Shown piece after piece: positions 39,049 to 47,909 of a stretch of DNA of 64,000 nt. Numbering within the stretch: the first letter of the stretch is position 1; each line of letters opens with the position of its first letter. A program made the position numbers and the translations under genes. The notes beneath the pieces were generated by a model. That model worked only from the letters and a program-made list of their open reading frames with translations, did not search any database and was not told the origin of the DNA. Source of the DNA: an uncultured Coriobacteriaceae bacterium. GTDB lineage: Bacteria > Actinomycetota > Coriobacteriia > Coriobacteriales > Atopobiaceae. The stretch is from assembly GCA_948439405.1 (NCBI GenBank), contig CAOJNB010000008.1, positions 829 through 64,828 on the forward strand, given 5' to 3'.

Positions 39049-39546
39049 TCACATCCCGTCGGGCCTCCCCAGGAGAGCCAGCGCGTCGACGACCGAGAGC
39101 GCGGCGACGGGGGCGTGGAGCAGGAGTCCCTCGTCGTTCGTGACCAGAAGGTCGGCCCCGGCCCGCTCCGCGGCGGCGAGGACCAGGCAGTCCTCGAAGT
39201 CCGCATGGACGCGGCGGAGCCTCCTCGCGAGCCACACGTCGGACTCGTCGGCCCCCACCGCGACGCCCACCTCGGCCATGGTGTCGATGCAGGCGGATGC
39301 GTACGAGGCGATCGCACGGGCGTCGGCCTCGGTCACGTCACGCCCTTCCGAGCGGACGCGCCGCTTGAGCGTCGCGGACACGAGGTAGAAGACCTCCTTG
39401 GCGGAGGCGACCGCATAGAGGAGGTCCACGCCCGTCGCGACGCAGCGGTCCATCAGCTCGCACGCCGAGGCCGAGCCGGGACGCATGCCGTCAAACGCGT
39501 CGAGCCACACGTTCGTGTCGAGCAGCACCTTCCTGGGAGCGGACAT
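39049..39546 (-). CDS. PIN-domain toxin (VapC-like)
   Basis: VLLDTNVWLDAF (first acidic PIN residue) and LVTNDEG near the C-terminus. 165 aa. The start lies 1 nt after the upstream antitoxin stop. Confidence 0.78.
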   Translation of the reverse strand: MSAPRKVLLDTNVWLDAFDGMRPGSASACELMDRCVATGVDLLYAVASAKEVFYLVSATLKRRVRSEGRDVTEADARAIASYASACIDTMAEVGVAVGADESDVWLARRLRRVHADFEDCLVLAAAERAGADLLVTNDEGLLLHAPVAALSVVDALALLGRPDGM

Positions 39547-39547
39547 G

Positions 39548-39910
39548 TCAGCCCTCGTCCCCGAGCCGCTCCTCGTACCAGGCGTCGCGGAGCTCGTCCC
39601 ATGACGGGACTTCGGCGGGAGTCGAAGGGTCGAGGGCGAGGGCGAGGGCGAGGGCGGCCGCCGTCGCCGCATAGCGCTCCCGCAGGGAGCTCAGCGCATG
39701 GGCGCGCCCGCGCGACGGGTCCTCCCCGAAGGCATCGGGGTCGACCACCCTGCGCAGCGCGGCGGGATCTTCCTGCTCGCGGACCAGGTAGGCCCACAGC
39801 CCCCGGACTGCGGCGGAGGGCGTAAGGCCAAGCGTGCGCAGGACGGCGTCGCCGGAGCGCTTGAGCTCCGCGTCGATGCGCGTGTTCATCTGCGTCATCG
39901 CGACACGCAT
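39548..39910 (-). CDS. RelB/DinJ-family antitoxin
   Basis: MNTRIDAELKRSGDAVLRTLGLTPSAAVRGLWAYLV is a DinJ-like RHH. The ATG at 39910 has GGAGG 7 nt upstream. Confidence 0.72.
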   Translation of the reverse strand: MRVAMTQMNTRIDAELKRSGDAVLRTLGLTPSAAVRGLWAYLVREQEDPAALRRVVDPDAFGEDPSRGRAHALSSLRERYAATAAALALALALDPSTPAEVPSWDELRDAWYEERLGDEG

Positions 39911-39968
39911 AAGGAGGCCTCCGTTCCGCATCCCTAAGTCGTATAGCAGTATATCACCTTCCACGACC

Positions 39969-40856
39969 TCAGGACGACGGCTCCCGTACGAGCTCGACGA
40001 AGCGCGCGACCGCGGCCGACGCGCGCCCCGAGGCCACCCGGAGGCCGTAGGGCGTCGGTTCGGACCCCGCGACGGGCAGGTAGACCAGGCCCGGCAGGCG
40101 CATCGCCGGCACGTCGAGGACGAGCGCGAACCCGACGCCGGCCTCCGCCAGCGCGAGCACCACCTCGGACCCCGCGCCCATCACGACGTCCTCATGGGCC
40201 TTGGCGGGGACCATCGCCTGCTGCACCGCCGCGACGGCCGGCGCGCAGCGGTGCGGGTTCGCGAGGACGACGGGTCCCGCGTTGACGAGCTCCTCGAGCC
40301 CGACGGGGTCCCCGCCGCGCGCCGCGAGCGGGTGGCCGGGCGCGCAGGCGCAGCACACCCGCGCCCGCCCCAGCTCCACGAAGCGTCCCGGGCCGGCGGC
40401 GCCCCCGTCCTCGGGGAAGTCGGGCATGGCGTCGACGATGCCGGCCTCGACCATGTTGCGCAGCGCCGATGCCGGCGCCTGGCGCAGGACGGGGCGGAGG
40501 TCGGGGTCCTCCTCGCCCAGGGCGCGCAGCCCTGCGGCGACCATCCGGGCCTCGTAGCCGTCCTGCACGCCGAGGCGCAGCCAGTGCGCCTCTCCCTCGG
40601 ACCCCTCGCGGAACTGGCGCTTCGCGCGGCGCTCGAGGTCGAGCATCTCCTGGGCGTAGGAGAGGAAGGCGAAGCCGTCGTCGGTGAGGCGCACCGTCCT
40701 CGTGCTGCGCACGAGCAGGGCGCAGCCGAGCTCTGACTCGAGCGAGCGGACCTGGTGGCTCACGGTGGGCTGCGAGACGTGGAGGTGGTCGGCTGCCTTG
40801 GAGAACGAGAGCGTCGAGGCGACCTCCACGAAGCAGGAGAGCTGCATGCTGTTCAC
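39969..40856 (-). CDS. LysR-family transcriptional regulator
   Basis: HTH FSKAADHLHVSQPTVSHQVRSLE. Divergent from the ABC exporter pair. Start at GTG 40856 (GGAGGGGG upstream) or ATG 40847. Confidence 0.85.
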   Translation of the reverse strand: MNSMQLSCFVEVASTLSFSKAADHLHVSQPTVSHQVRSLESELGCALLVRSTRTVRLTDDGFAFLSYAQEMLDLERRAKRQFREGSEGEAHWLRLGVQDGYEARMVAAGLRALGEEDPDLRPVLRQAPASALRNMVEAGIVDAMPDFPEDGGAAGPGRFVELGRARVCCACAPGHPLAARGGDPVGLEELVNAGPVVLANPHRCAPAVAAVQQAMVPAKAHEDVVMGAGSEVVLALAEAGVGFALVLDVPAMRLPGLVYLPVAGSEPTPYGLRVASGRASAAVARFVELVREPSS

Positions 40857-40880
40857 GCCGGCCCCCTCCTCTGTGAAGTT

Positions 40881-40945
40881 ATAGGGTATGTCTATCAATG
40901 ATAGTACATATCCATGTATGTAATAGTTTGCCCGGGCAATACTAT
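40881..40945. promoter_or_regulatory. AT-rich divergent promoter region with ATAG/CTAT dyads (LysR T-N11-A-type boxes)
   Basis: ATAGGGTATGTCTAT (40881..40895), CTATCAATGATAG (40892..40904) and ATAGTTTGCCCGGGCAATACTAT (40923..40945). Confidence 0.5.
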
Positions 40946-40989
40946 CCCCCGTCGAAACGAAGCTATGGCCGCAACGGCCGAGGAGGTGG

Positions 40990-42768
40990 ATGCCCGTGGT
41001 TGGGGCGCTGCTCAAGAGGACGGAGGGCTACGGCTGGGTCTCGGCCGGGGCCGTCCTCGGGACCATAGGTGAGGTGGCGATGGAGGTCGCCCTCCCCTTC
41101 ATCATGTCCAAGATCATCGACGACGGCATCCAGGCCGGCGACATGGGCGCGATCCTGCGCTACGGCGGGCTCATGGTGCTCATGGCGTTCCTCAGCCTCG
41201 CCTTCGGCGTGTTCGCCGGCTGGTGCGCCAACCGCGCCGCGACGGGCTTCGCCTGCAACATCCGCGAGGCGGTGTTCGACAAGGTGCAGGCCTTCTCGTT
41301 CGCCAACATCGACAAGTTCAGCACCGCCGGCCTCGTCACCCGCATGACCACCGACGTCACCAACGTGCAGATGGCCTACCAGATGGTGCTGCGCGTCGCC
41401 TCGCGCGCGCCCATCATGCTGGTGTCCAGCCTGGTTATGTGCCTCGTCATCAACGTCGAGCTCTCCCAGGTGTTCCTGGTCACCATCGCCATCCTGGCCG
41501 TGGCGCTCGCCTTCATCATCGTGAACGCCACCAAGCGCTTCAACGTGGTGTTCGACGCCTACGACGACCTCAACGCCAGCGTCCAGGAGAACGTGGGCGC
41601 CATCCGCGTGGTCAAGGCGTTCGTGCGCGAGGACTACGAGAACTCCAAGTTCGCCGCCGCCGTGGGCGACCTGTACCGCCGCTTCGTCTCGGCCGAAGGG
41701 CTCACTGCGCTCAACGCCCCGGTGATGATGCTGGCTATCTACGGCTCGATCATCGGCATCTCGTGGCTGGGCGCCCACCTCATCGTGGGCGGCACGCTCA
41801 CCACCGGCGAGCTCACCAGCATGTTCTCCTACGTCATGCAGCTCATGATGAGCCTCATGATGCTCTCGATGATCGTCGTCATGATCACGATGAGCATGGC
41901 GAGCATGCGCCGCATCACCGAGTGTCTGAGCGAGGTCCCCGACATCGCGGACCCCGCGGACCCCGTCTGCGAGGTGGCCGACGGCTCCATCGACTTCGAC
42001 CACGTGACCTTCCGCTACGCCGCCAAGGCCGAGCACCGCGCCCTGGCCGAGATCGACCTCCACGTCGCCAGCGGCGAGACCATCGGCGTGATCGGCGGCA
42101 CCGGCTCGGGCAAGACCACGCTCGTGAGCCTCGTTCCGCGCCTCTACGACGCCAGCGAGGGCGTCGTGCGCGTGGGCGGGCGCGACGTGCGCGAATACGA
42201 CCTGCAGGCCCTGCGCGACGCCGTCGCCGTGGTGCTGCAGAAGAACGTCCTGTTCAGCGGCACCATCCTCGAGAACCTGCGCTGGGGCAACGAGGACGCA
42301 ACGCTCGAGGAGTGCCGGGAGGCGTGCCGCGCGGCCGCCGCGGACGACTTCGTCATGGAGATGCCCGAAGGCTACGACACCATGATCGAGCGCGGCGGCA
42401 CCAACGTGTCCGGCGGCCAGAAGCAGCGCCTCTGCATCGCCCGCGCCCTGCTCAAGCACCCCAAGGTGCTCATCCTGGACGACTCCACCTCGGCCGTGGA
42501 CACCGCGACCGACGCGCGCATCCGCGAGGCGCTCGCCACCTACATGCCGGACACCACGAAGATCATCATCGCCCAGCGCGTCTCGAGCGTGCAGCACGCC
42601 GACCGCATCGTGGTGCTCGACGGCGGGCACCTGAACGCCGTGGGCACCCACGAGGAGCTGCTCGAGAGCAACGAGATCTACCGCGACATCTACGAGTCGC
42701 AGGTCCAGGGCGGCGGCGACTTCGACCAGCCCGTCGCCGGCGAGGCCGCGACCGGAAGGGAGGCGTAG
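40990..42768 (+). CDS. ABC exporter, fused permease/ATPase (ABCB type), subunit 1
   Basis: Six-TM domain followed by GGTGSGKTT, VSGGQKQRLCIARA, ILDDSTSAVD. Confidence 0.9.
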   Translation: MPVVGALLKRTEGYGWVSAGAVLGTIGEVAMEVALPFIMSKIIDDGIQAGDMGAILRYGGLMVLMAFLSLAFGVFAGWCANRAATGFACNIREAVFDKVQAFSFANIDKFSTAGLVTRMTTDVTNVQMAYQMVLRVASRAPIMLVSSLVMCLVINVELSQVFLVTIAILAVALAFIIVNATKRFNVVFDAYDDLNASVQENVGAIRVVKAFVREDYENSKFAAAVGDLYRRFVSAEGLTALNAPVMMLAIYGSIIGISWLGAHLIVGGTLTTGELTSMFSYVMQLMMSLMMLSMIVVMITMSMASMRRITECLSEVPDIADPADPVCEVADGSIDFDHVTFRYAAKAEHRALAEIDLHVASGETIGVIGGTGSGKTTLVSLVPRLYDASEGVVRVGGRDVREYDLQALRDAVAVVLQKNVLFSGTILENLRWGNEDATLEECREACRAAAADDFVMEMPEGYDTMIERGGTNVSGGQKQRLCIARALLKHPKVLILDDSTSAVDTATDARIREALATYMPDTTKIIIAQRVSSVQHADRIVVLDGGHLNAVGTHEELLESNEIYRDIYESQVQGGGDFDQPVAGEAATGREA

Positions 42769-42772
42769 GGCC

Positions 42773-44689
42773 ATGGCACACGGAACCGGACCGCGCCGCG
42801 GCAACATCGGCGCCGCTGCGTCGAGCACCCTCAACGGGGCCGCGCTCAGGCGCGCCCTCGGCTACATGCTGCGCTCCTACTGGCCGGCCCTGCTGGTCGT
42901 GGTCGTCTGCATCCTCGTCTCCGCCGTCGCCACGGCGCGCGCGACGCTGTTCATGCAGACGCTCGTCGACGGCTACATCCTCCCGATGGTCGCCTCGGGC
43001 TCCTCGGACTTCTCCGGGCTCGCGTCGGCGCTCCTCCGCCTGACCGCCCTGCTGGCGGTGGGCATCGCGTGCGCCTACGCCTACCAGCGCATCATGGTCA
43101 GCGTGAGCCAGGGGACGATGCGCCGGCTTCGCTGCGAGGTCTTCGAGCACATGGAGAGCCTGCCGATCCGCTACTTCGACACCCACCAGCACGGCGACAT
43201 CATGTCCGTCTACACTAACGACATCGACACCCTGCGGCAGCTGTTCGGCATGACGCTGCCCCAGCTCGTGAACTCGGCCGTATCGCTCGTGGTCACCTTC
43301 GTGTCGATGTGCATCGTCTCGCTGCCGCTCACGGGCGTCTCCGTGCTGATGGTGGTCGTCACCCTCGTGTGCACCACGAGGATTGCGGGCAAGTCCGGCG
43401 GTCACTTCGTGCGCCAGCAGCGCGACATCGCCGCCGTGAACGGCTACATCGAGGAGATGATGGACGGCCAGAAGGTCGTCAAGGTGTTCAACCACGAGGC
43501 CGACGCCAGCGCCGAGTTCCGCGCCCTCAACGAGGAGCTGCGCGACAGCGCGTTCAAGGCGAACTTCTGGGGCAACCTCGTGATGCCCGTGAACGCCAAC
43601 CTGGGCAACATCTCCTACGTGCTCGTGGCCGTCGTGGGCGGCTGGCTGGCGCTCTCCGGCACGGCCGGCACCACGCTCGGCGCGCTCGTGAGCTTCCTGA
43701 CGCTCAACCGCAGCTTCTCCGGCCCGATCACCCAGGTGTCGCAGCAAATCGCCTTCGTGACGATGGCCGGCGCCGGCGCCGAGCGCGTGTTCCGGCTGCT
43801 CGACGAGGAGCCCGAGGCCGACGACGGCTACGTGGAGCTCGTGAACGCCCGCGAGCTGGACGACGGCTCCGTCGAGCCCTGCGAGGAGCGCACCGGCGTG
43901 TGGGCGTGGCGCCACCCGCACAGGGCGGAGGGCACCGTCACCTACGCCAAGCTCGAGGGCGGCCTCGTGATGGACCACGTGGACTTCGGCTACGTGCCGG
44001 ACAAGCAGGTGCTCCACGACGTCACGCTGTACGCCGAGCCCGGGCAGAAGATCGCTTTCGTCGGCTCCACCGGAGCGGGCAAGACGACCATCACGAACCT
44101 GATCAACCGCTTCTACGACATCGAGGACGGCAAGATCCGCTACGACGGCATCAACGTCAACAAGATCAAGAAGGGCGACCTGCGGCGCAGCCTCGGCATC
44201 GTGCTGCAGGACACCCACCTGTTCACCGGCACCGTGATGGACAACATCCGCTACGGCAGGCTCGAGGCGACCGACGACGAGTGCGTCGGCGCGGCCAAGC
44301 TCGTGGGCGCGGACTCCTTCATCCGCCGCCTGCCCGACGGCTACCAGACGGTCATTTCCGGCGACGGGGCGCAGCTCTCCCAGGGCCAGTGCCAGCTCAT
44401 CGCCATCGCCCGCGCGGCGGTGGCCGACCCGCCAGCGCTCATCCTGGACGAGGCGACCTCGAGCATCGACACGCGCACCGAGGCGCTCGTGCAGCGCGGC
44501 ATGGACGCGTTGATGGCCGGGCGCACCACGTTCGTGATCGCACACCGGCTCTCCACCGTGCGCAACGCGGACTGCATCATGGTCATGGAGCACGGCCGCA
44601 TCATCGAGCGCGGCAACCACGACCAGCTGATGGCCGAGCGCGGCCGCTACTGGCAGCTCTACACCGGCGGCAAGGTGGGCGACGAGTAG
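42773..44689 (+). CDS. ABC exporter, fused permease/ATPase (ABCB type), subunit 2
   Basis: GSTGAGKTT, LSQGQCQLIAIARA, ILDEATSSID. Starts 4 nt after subunit 1, which suggests a heterodimer. Confidence 0.9.
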   Translation: MAHGTGPRRGNIGAAASSTLNGAALRRALGYMLRSYWPALLVVVVCILVSAVATARATLFMQTLVDGYILPMVASGSSDFSGLASALLRLTALLAVGIACAYAYQRIMVSVSQGTMRRLRCEVFEHMESLPIRYFDTHQHGDIMSVYTNDIDTLRQLFGMTLPQLVNSAVSLVVTFVSMCIVSLPLTGVSVLMVVVTLVCTTRIAGKSGGHFVRQQRDIAAVNGYIEEMMDGQKVVKVFNHEADASAEFRALNEELRDSAFKANFWGNLVMPVNANLGNISYVLVAVVGGWLALSGTAGTTLGALVSFLTLNRSFSGPITQVSQQIAFVTMAGAGAERVFRLLDEEPEADDGYVELVNARELDDGSVEPCEERTGVWAWRHPHRAEGTVTYAKLEGGLVMDHVDFGYVPDKQVLHDVTLYAEPGQKIAFVGSTGAGKTTITNLINRFYDIEDGKIRYDGINVNKIKKGDLRRSLGIVLQDTHLFTGTVMDNIRYGRLEATDDECVGAAKLVGADSFIRRLPDGYQTVISGDGAQLSQGQCQLIAIARAAVADPPALILDEATSSIDTRTEALVQRGMDALMAGRTTFVIAHRLSTVRNADCIMVMEHGRIIERGNHDQLMAERGRYWQLYTGGKVGDE

Positions 44690-44788
44690 ACCGCCTGCGA
44701 CATGGACGCGAAGCGCGGGCGAGGGGCTCCTTGGTGGACCCCTCGCCCGCTTCGGTTCGGCGACGACCGCGCACGAACTCCCATCTGC

Positions 44789-44842
44789 GTACAAAGCTCG
44801 GGGTTTCTTGGCAATGCAGCCAGGAAACCCCGAGCTTTGTAC
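44789..44842 (+). repeat. 54-bp hairpin repeat, copy 2 (best-paired)
   Basis: GTACAAAGCTCGGGGTTTCTTGGC-AATGCA-GCCAGGAAACCCCGAGCTTTGTAC. A 24-bp stem with one T:G position. Confidence 0.85.
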
Positions 44843-44946
44843 GCGAATCGGGACCGAAGGAGGGCTTCGAGGGGGACGGGCGGCCCGGATCGGGTGGTTT
44901 TCTAAGCCCGAGGCGTACGAAGCTCGGGGCAAGGCGTCACGTGACC

Positions 44947-45000
44947 GTACGAATCTTGGGGTTTCTTGGCGCAACGGCCAGGAAACCCCGAGCTTTGTAC
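44947..45000 (+). repeat. 54-bp hairpin repeat, copy 3 (plus partial left arm at 44915..44929)
   Basis: GTACGAATCTTGGGGTTTCTTGGC-GCAACG-GCCAGGAAACCCCGAGCTTTGTAC. Confidence 0.85.
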
Positions 45001-45003
45001 GCG

Positions 45004-46026
45004 CTAGCGCGTCGACCTCAGCGTGCCGGACGGGACATAGAGCACGCCGTGCCCGTCGAGCACCCGACGAAGTCTGCGATGGAGGGTGAACCTCCTGTCG
45101 TCGACGTCGCGGGGGACGGGACGGCTGCGCAAGCCCATGTGCCTTCGCAGCGCCGCGACGCACCCTGACAGGCGGACGAAGTCGTTCGCCTGCGAGGTCG
45201 TGACGGTCTCGACGGAGATGCCCATGAGTCCGAGAGCGCGGACGCGGTCCAGGTCCTTCGCCCGGCTCAGCGCATGGTGCTCGTCGCTGTCGTACTCGAC
45301 GGCAAGCCCGTGCTCCGGCCAGCACAGGTCGCACAGCACGTACCGCGCACGCGCCATCCGCGCGGCGCGTGCGCGCAGCGGGATCTGGTAGTTGAGCGCC
45401 GCCTTCGGCAGGTTGAAGCCACCCCACCGCGAGGGCAGGCAGAACGTCAGGAAGAGAAACGCCTCGCGAGGCGACGCCGCACCGTCGCCGACGTGCGGAA
45501 GCGAGGCGAGCGCCGCGGCGCGGCCGTGCATGCGCCGCGCGCGCTCCGCGTAGTCCGTCAGGCTTCCCGCGGAGGCGAGCGGGGAGACGCCGAACGTCAG
45601 GACCGGACCTCGCTGGTAGGTCGCGCACAGCTCGGTCCCCAGGCACGCGAGCTCCAACGGAGACAGGGAGCGGGCGGCCTGGAGGAACGCGAGCTCCGGC
45701 GAGGGCAGCACCGCTCTGCCGCCGAGCCGGAGGAAGCTGCCTCGCGGATAGGACGACGCGTCACGGAACCCGTGGAAGGCCAGGTCCTCGGCCGCGTTGC
45801 GATGGGACGTCCCCGGGACGAGCACGTGCAGAGGCCTCGTCGCCACGTCGCCCACCCGCTCGAGAAGCTCCGCGCACGAGCGCCGACCCTGGGTGCCGAA
45901 GGAGACCTCCGATCCGGACGTCCGGGGCGCGTCCCGCACCTCGTCGCGCGGAAGCGCAGCGAGCACCTGCAGCGCAGTGATGCCGTAGTGCACCAGCGCC
46001 GACCGATCCCGACCGTCCCGCGTCAT
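45004..46026 (-). CDS. Hypothetical protein with C-terminal DUF559-like (Vsr/restriction-endonuclease-fold) region
   Basis: The C-terminus YVLCDLCWPEHGLAVEYDSDEHH resembles DUF559. Only the last 340 codons of track ORF 45004..47541 look protein-like. ATG at 46026. Confidence 0.55.
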   Translation of the reverse strand: MTRDGRDRSALVHYGITALQVLAALPRDEVRDAPRTSGSEVSFGTQGRRSCAELLERVGDVATRPLHVLVPGTSHRNAAEDLAFHGFRDASSYPRGSFLRLGGRAVLPSPELAFLQAARSLSPLELACLGTELCATYQRGPVLTFGVSPLASAGSLTDYAERARRMHGRAAALASLPHVGDGAASPREAFLFLTFCLPSRWGGFNLPKAALNYQIPLRARAARMARARYVLCDLCWPEHGLAVEYDSDEHHALSRAKDLDRVRALGLMGISVETVTTSQANDFVRLSGCVAALRRHMGLRSRPVPRDVDDRRFTLHRRLRRVLDGHGVLYVPSGTLRSTR

Positions 46027-46197
46027 GCGCGCCCCCTCCCTCGGATCCCTGCCACCAGCGTAGGGGGCGGGAGCCGCCCGCGGCCCGCGATGCGGAAGGT
46101 CGACCGAGCCGCGCTCGCAGGTGGCCGACGAGGTGCCGACGAGGCAGGCGCCGCGGCGCCTATGATTGCCACATGAGCCGCAGGGAGAGGAGAGGCC

Positions 46198-46875
46198 ATG
46201 TCCCACGCCGCAATCGACCCGACGCTGCCGAACGTCCGCGTCATCGTGAACAACGGGGTCCGCATCGAGGGGACGGGCGGCACCCCCGTCGTCTACGTCG
46301 ACCCGTACCTCATCGAGGGGGAGCCCCGCGACGCCGACCTCGTCCTCGTCACCCACGAGCACCACGACCACCTCTCCCCCGACGACGTCGCGAGGGTGTC
46401 GCGCGAGGGGGCGGTCCTCGTCGGGCCCGCCGCCATGGCGGAGAGGGTCGGCGCGGTCCCGGTCGGCGAGACCTATCTCGTGGCGCCCGGCGAGTCCCTC
46501 GAGGTCGCGAGCGTCACGGTCGAGGCGGTTCCCGCCTACAACACGCACCCCGATCGCGCACACTGCCACCCGAGGGAGTACGGCGGGCTCGGCTACGTCA
46601 TCACGCTCGACGGCGTCCGCTACTACGTCGCGGGGGACACGGACCCCAACGAGGACGTCGAGCGGGTCGCGTGCGACGTCGCGCTCGTGCCCGTGGGCGG
46701 CACGTACACGATGGACGTCGGGCAGGCGGCCGCGTTCGTGAACGGGCTGCGCCCCGCCGTCGCCGTGCCCACGCACTACGGCTGCGTGGCCGGGACGCCG
46801 GATGACGGCGAGGCCTTCGCGGCGCTCGTCGACGACGGCATCGCGGTCGCGGTGAAGCTGGAGCGCTTCTCCTAG
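46198..46875 (+). CDS. MBL-fold metallo-hydrolase
   Basis: LVLVTHEHHDHLSPDD motif; 225 aa. Confidence 0.8.
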   Translation: MSHAAIDPTLPNVRVIVNNGVRIEGTGGTPVVYVDPYLIEGEPRDADLVLVTHEHHDHLSPDDVARVSREGAVLVGPAAMAERVGAVPVGETYLVAPGESLEVASVTVEAVPAYNTHPDRAHCHPREYGGLGYVITLDGVRYYVAGDTDPNEDVERVACDVALVPVGGTYTMDVGQAAAFVNGLRPAVAVPTHYGCVAGTPDDGEAFAALVDDGIAVAVKLERFS

Positions 46876-47834
46876 GCCCTGCCGCCCCGCGAGCCATGCC
46901 GAGCGTCGCGTCCGCGCGGGGTCCCGAAGCGCAGCCAGCCGCGGCGGCGGAAGACGACCACCTCGGCGACGACCACGGCCGCGCACAGGACGGCGACGAG
47001 CGGGTAGCCCCACGGGGCGCCGAGGGCCGCCATGTGGGGGAAGTTCATCCCGTACCACCCCGTCACGACCGTGAGCGGCATCGCGATCGTCGCCACCACG
47101 GTGAGCCACTGCATGACGTCGTTCTGGCGGACGCCTATCGACTCCTGGTAGAGCCCGTGCACCTGGAGCGCGTAGTCCTGCAGCGACTCGAGCCGCACGG
47201 ACAGGCGGTCGAGCTGGCGTGAGAGCTGGCGGAGGCGGAGGCGGTCGCGCGCGTCGACGACCTCCCACCCCTCCTCGGCGAGGTCGTCGGCGAGGTCGGA
47301 CATGCCCTGGTAGAAGGCGTCGAGGCCCAGCAGGCGGCGGGTGTCGGCCATCATCAGCGCGCGGTCGACGCGCTCCCTGCCCCCGAGGATGCGCTCCTCG
47401 AGGCGCTCGAGGTCGTCGCGGACGCGCGAGAGCTTCGCGGGGTGGTCGCGCAGGGGCGCGCGCAGCAGGGCGACGAGCACCGCCGCAGGCGTGTCGAGGG
47501 CGAGGCCAACCTCCGCGAGGCGCCCGAGCACCGGGACGCACAGGCCGTCGTCGTCGGCCAGCAGGAGCCGGTCGCGACGCAGCACGAAGGCGACGCGACG
47601 CGCCTGTGAGGCGGGTCGGGTCCCGGTCGGCAGGACGACCATGCCCGCGGCAAGATCGGCCGTGCGTTCGACGAAGGGGATGGCGGCGTGCTCCAGCTGC
47701 GCAAGCGCCTCGCGCTCACGCGCTCCCTCGAGACGGCCGACGAGGTCGTCCACACCCATGACCTCGACGCACGCCTCCGCGGTCCCCTCGGCCTCGACCA
47801 GCCTGCCGTCCTCCAGCGCCCATCCGCGTCCCAT
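46872..47834 (-). CDS. corA: CorA-family magnesium/cobalt transporter
   Basis: C-terminal YGMNF motif between two TMs. I prefer the ATG at 47834 (GGGGAGG upstream) over the TTG at 47888. Confidence 0.85.
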   Translation of the reverse strand: MGRGWALEDGRLVEAEGTAEACVEVMGVDDLVGRLEGAREREALAQLEHAAIPFVERTADLAAGMVVLPTGTRPASQARRVAFVLRRDRLLLADDDGLCVPVLGRLAEVGLALDTPAAVLVALLRAPLRDHPAKLSRVRDDLERLEERILGGRERVDRALMMADTRRLLGLDAFYQGMSDLADDLAEEGWEVVDARDRLRLRQLSRQLDRLSVRLESLQDYALQVHGLYQESIGVRQNDVMQWLTVVATIAMPLTVVTGWYGMNFPHMAALGAPWGYPLVAVLCAAVVVAEVVVFRRRGWLRFGTPRGRDARHGSRGGRA

Positions 47835-47909
47835 GGCCAGCGCCTCCCCAAACCGAGCTCCTCCGGGCAAGCCTAGCAGCAGGCGCAATCCGACGACGCC
47901 GAGAGGCGC

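Noticed and set aside
42566-45646. 1026-aa minus-strand ORF across the second ABC exporter gene and the repeat region
   Set aside because: It is antisense to a gene with clear Walker/signature motifs, it reads straight through three hairpin repeats, and it has no RBS or motifs.
45004-47541. 845-aa track ORF treated as one gene
   Set aside because: Only the C-terminal 340 codons (from the ATG at 46026) look protein-like. The upstream part is antisense to the MBL hydrolase and corA genes.
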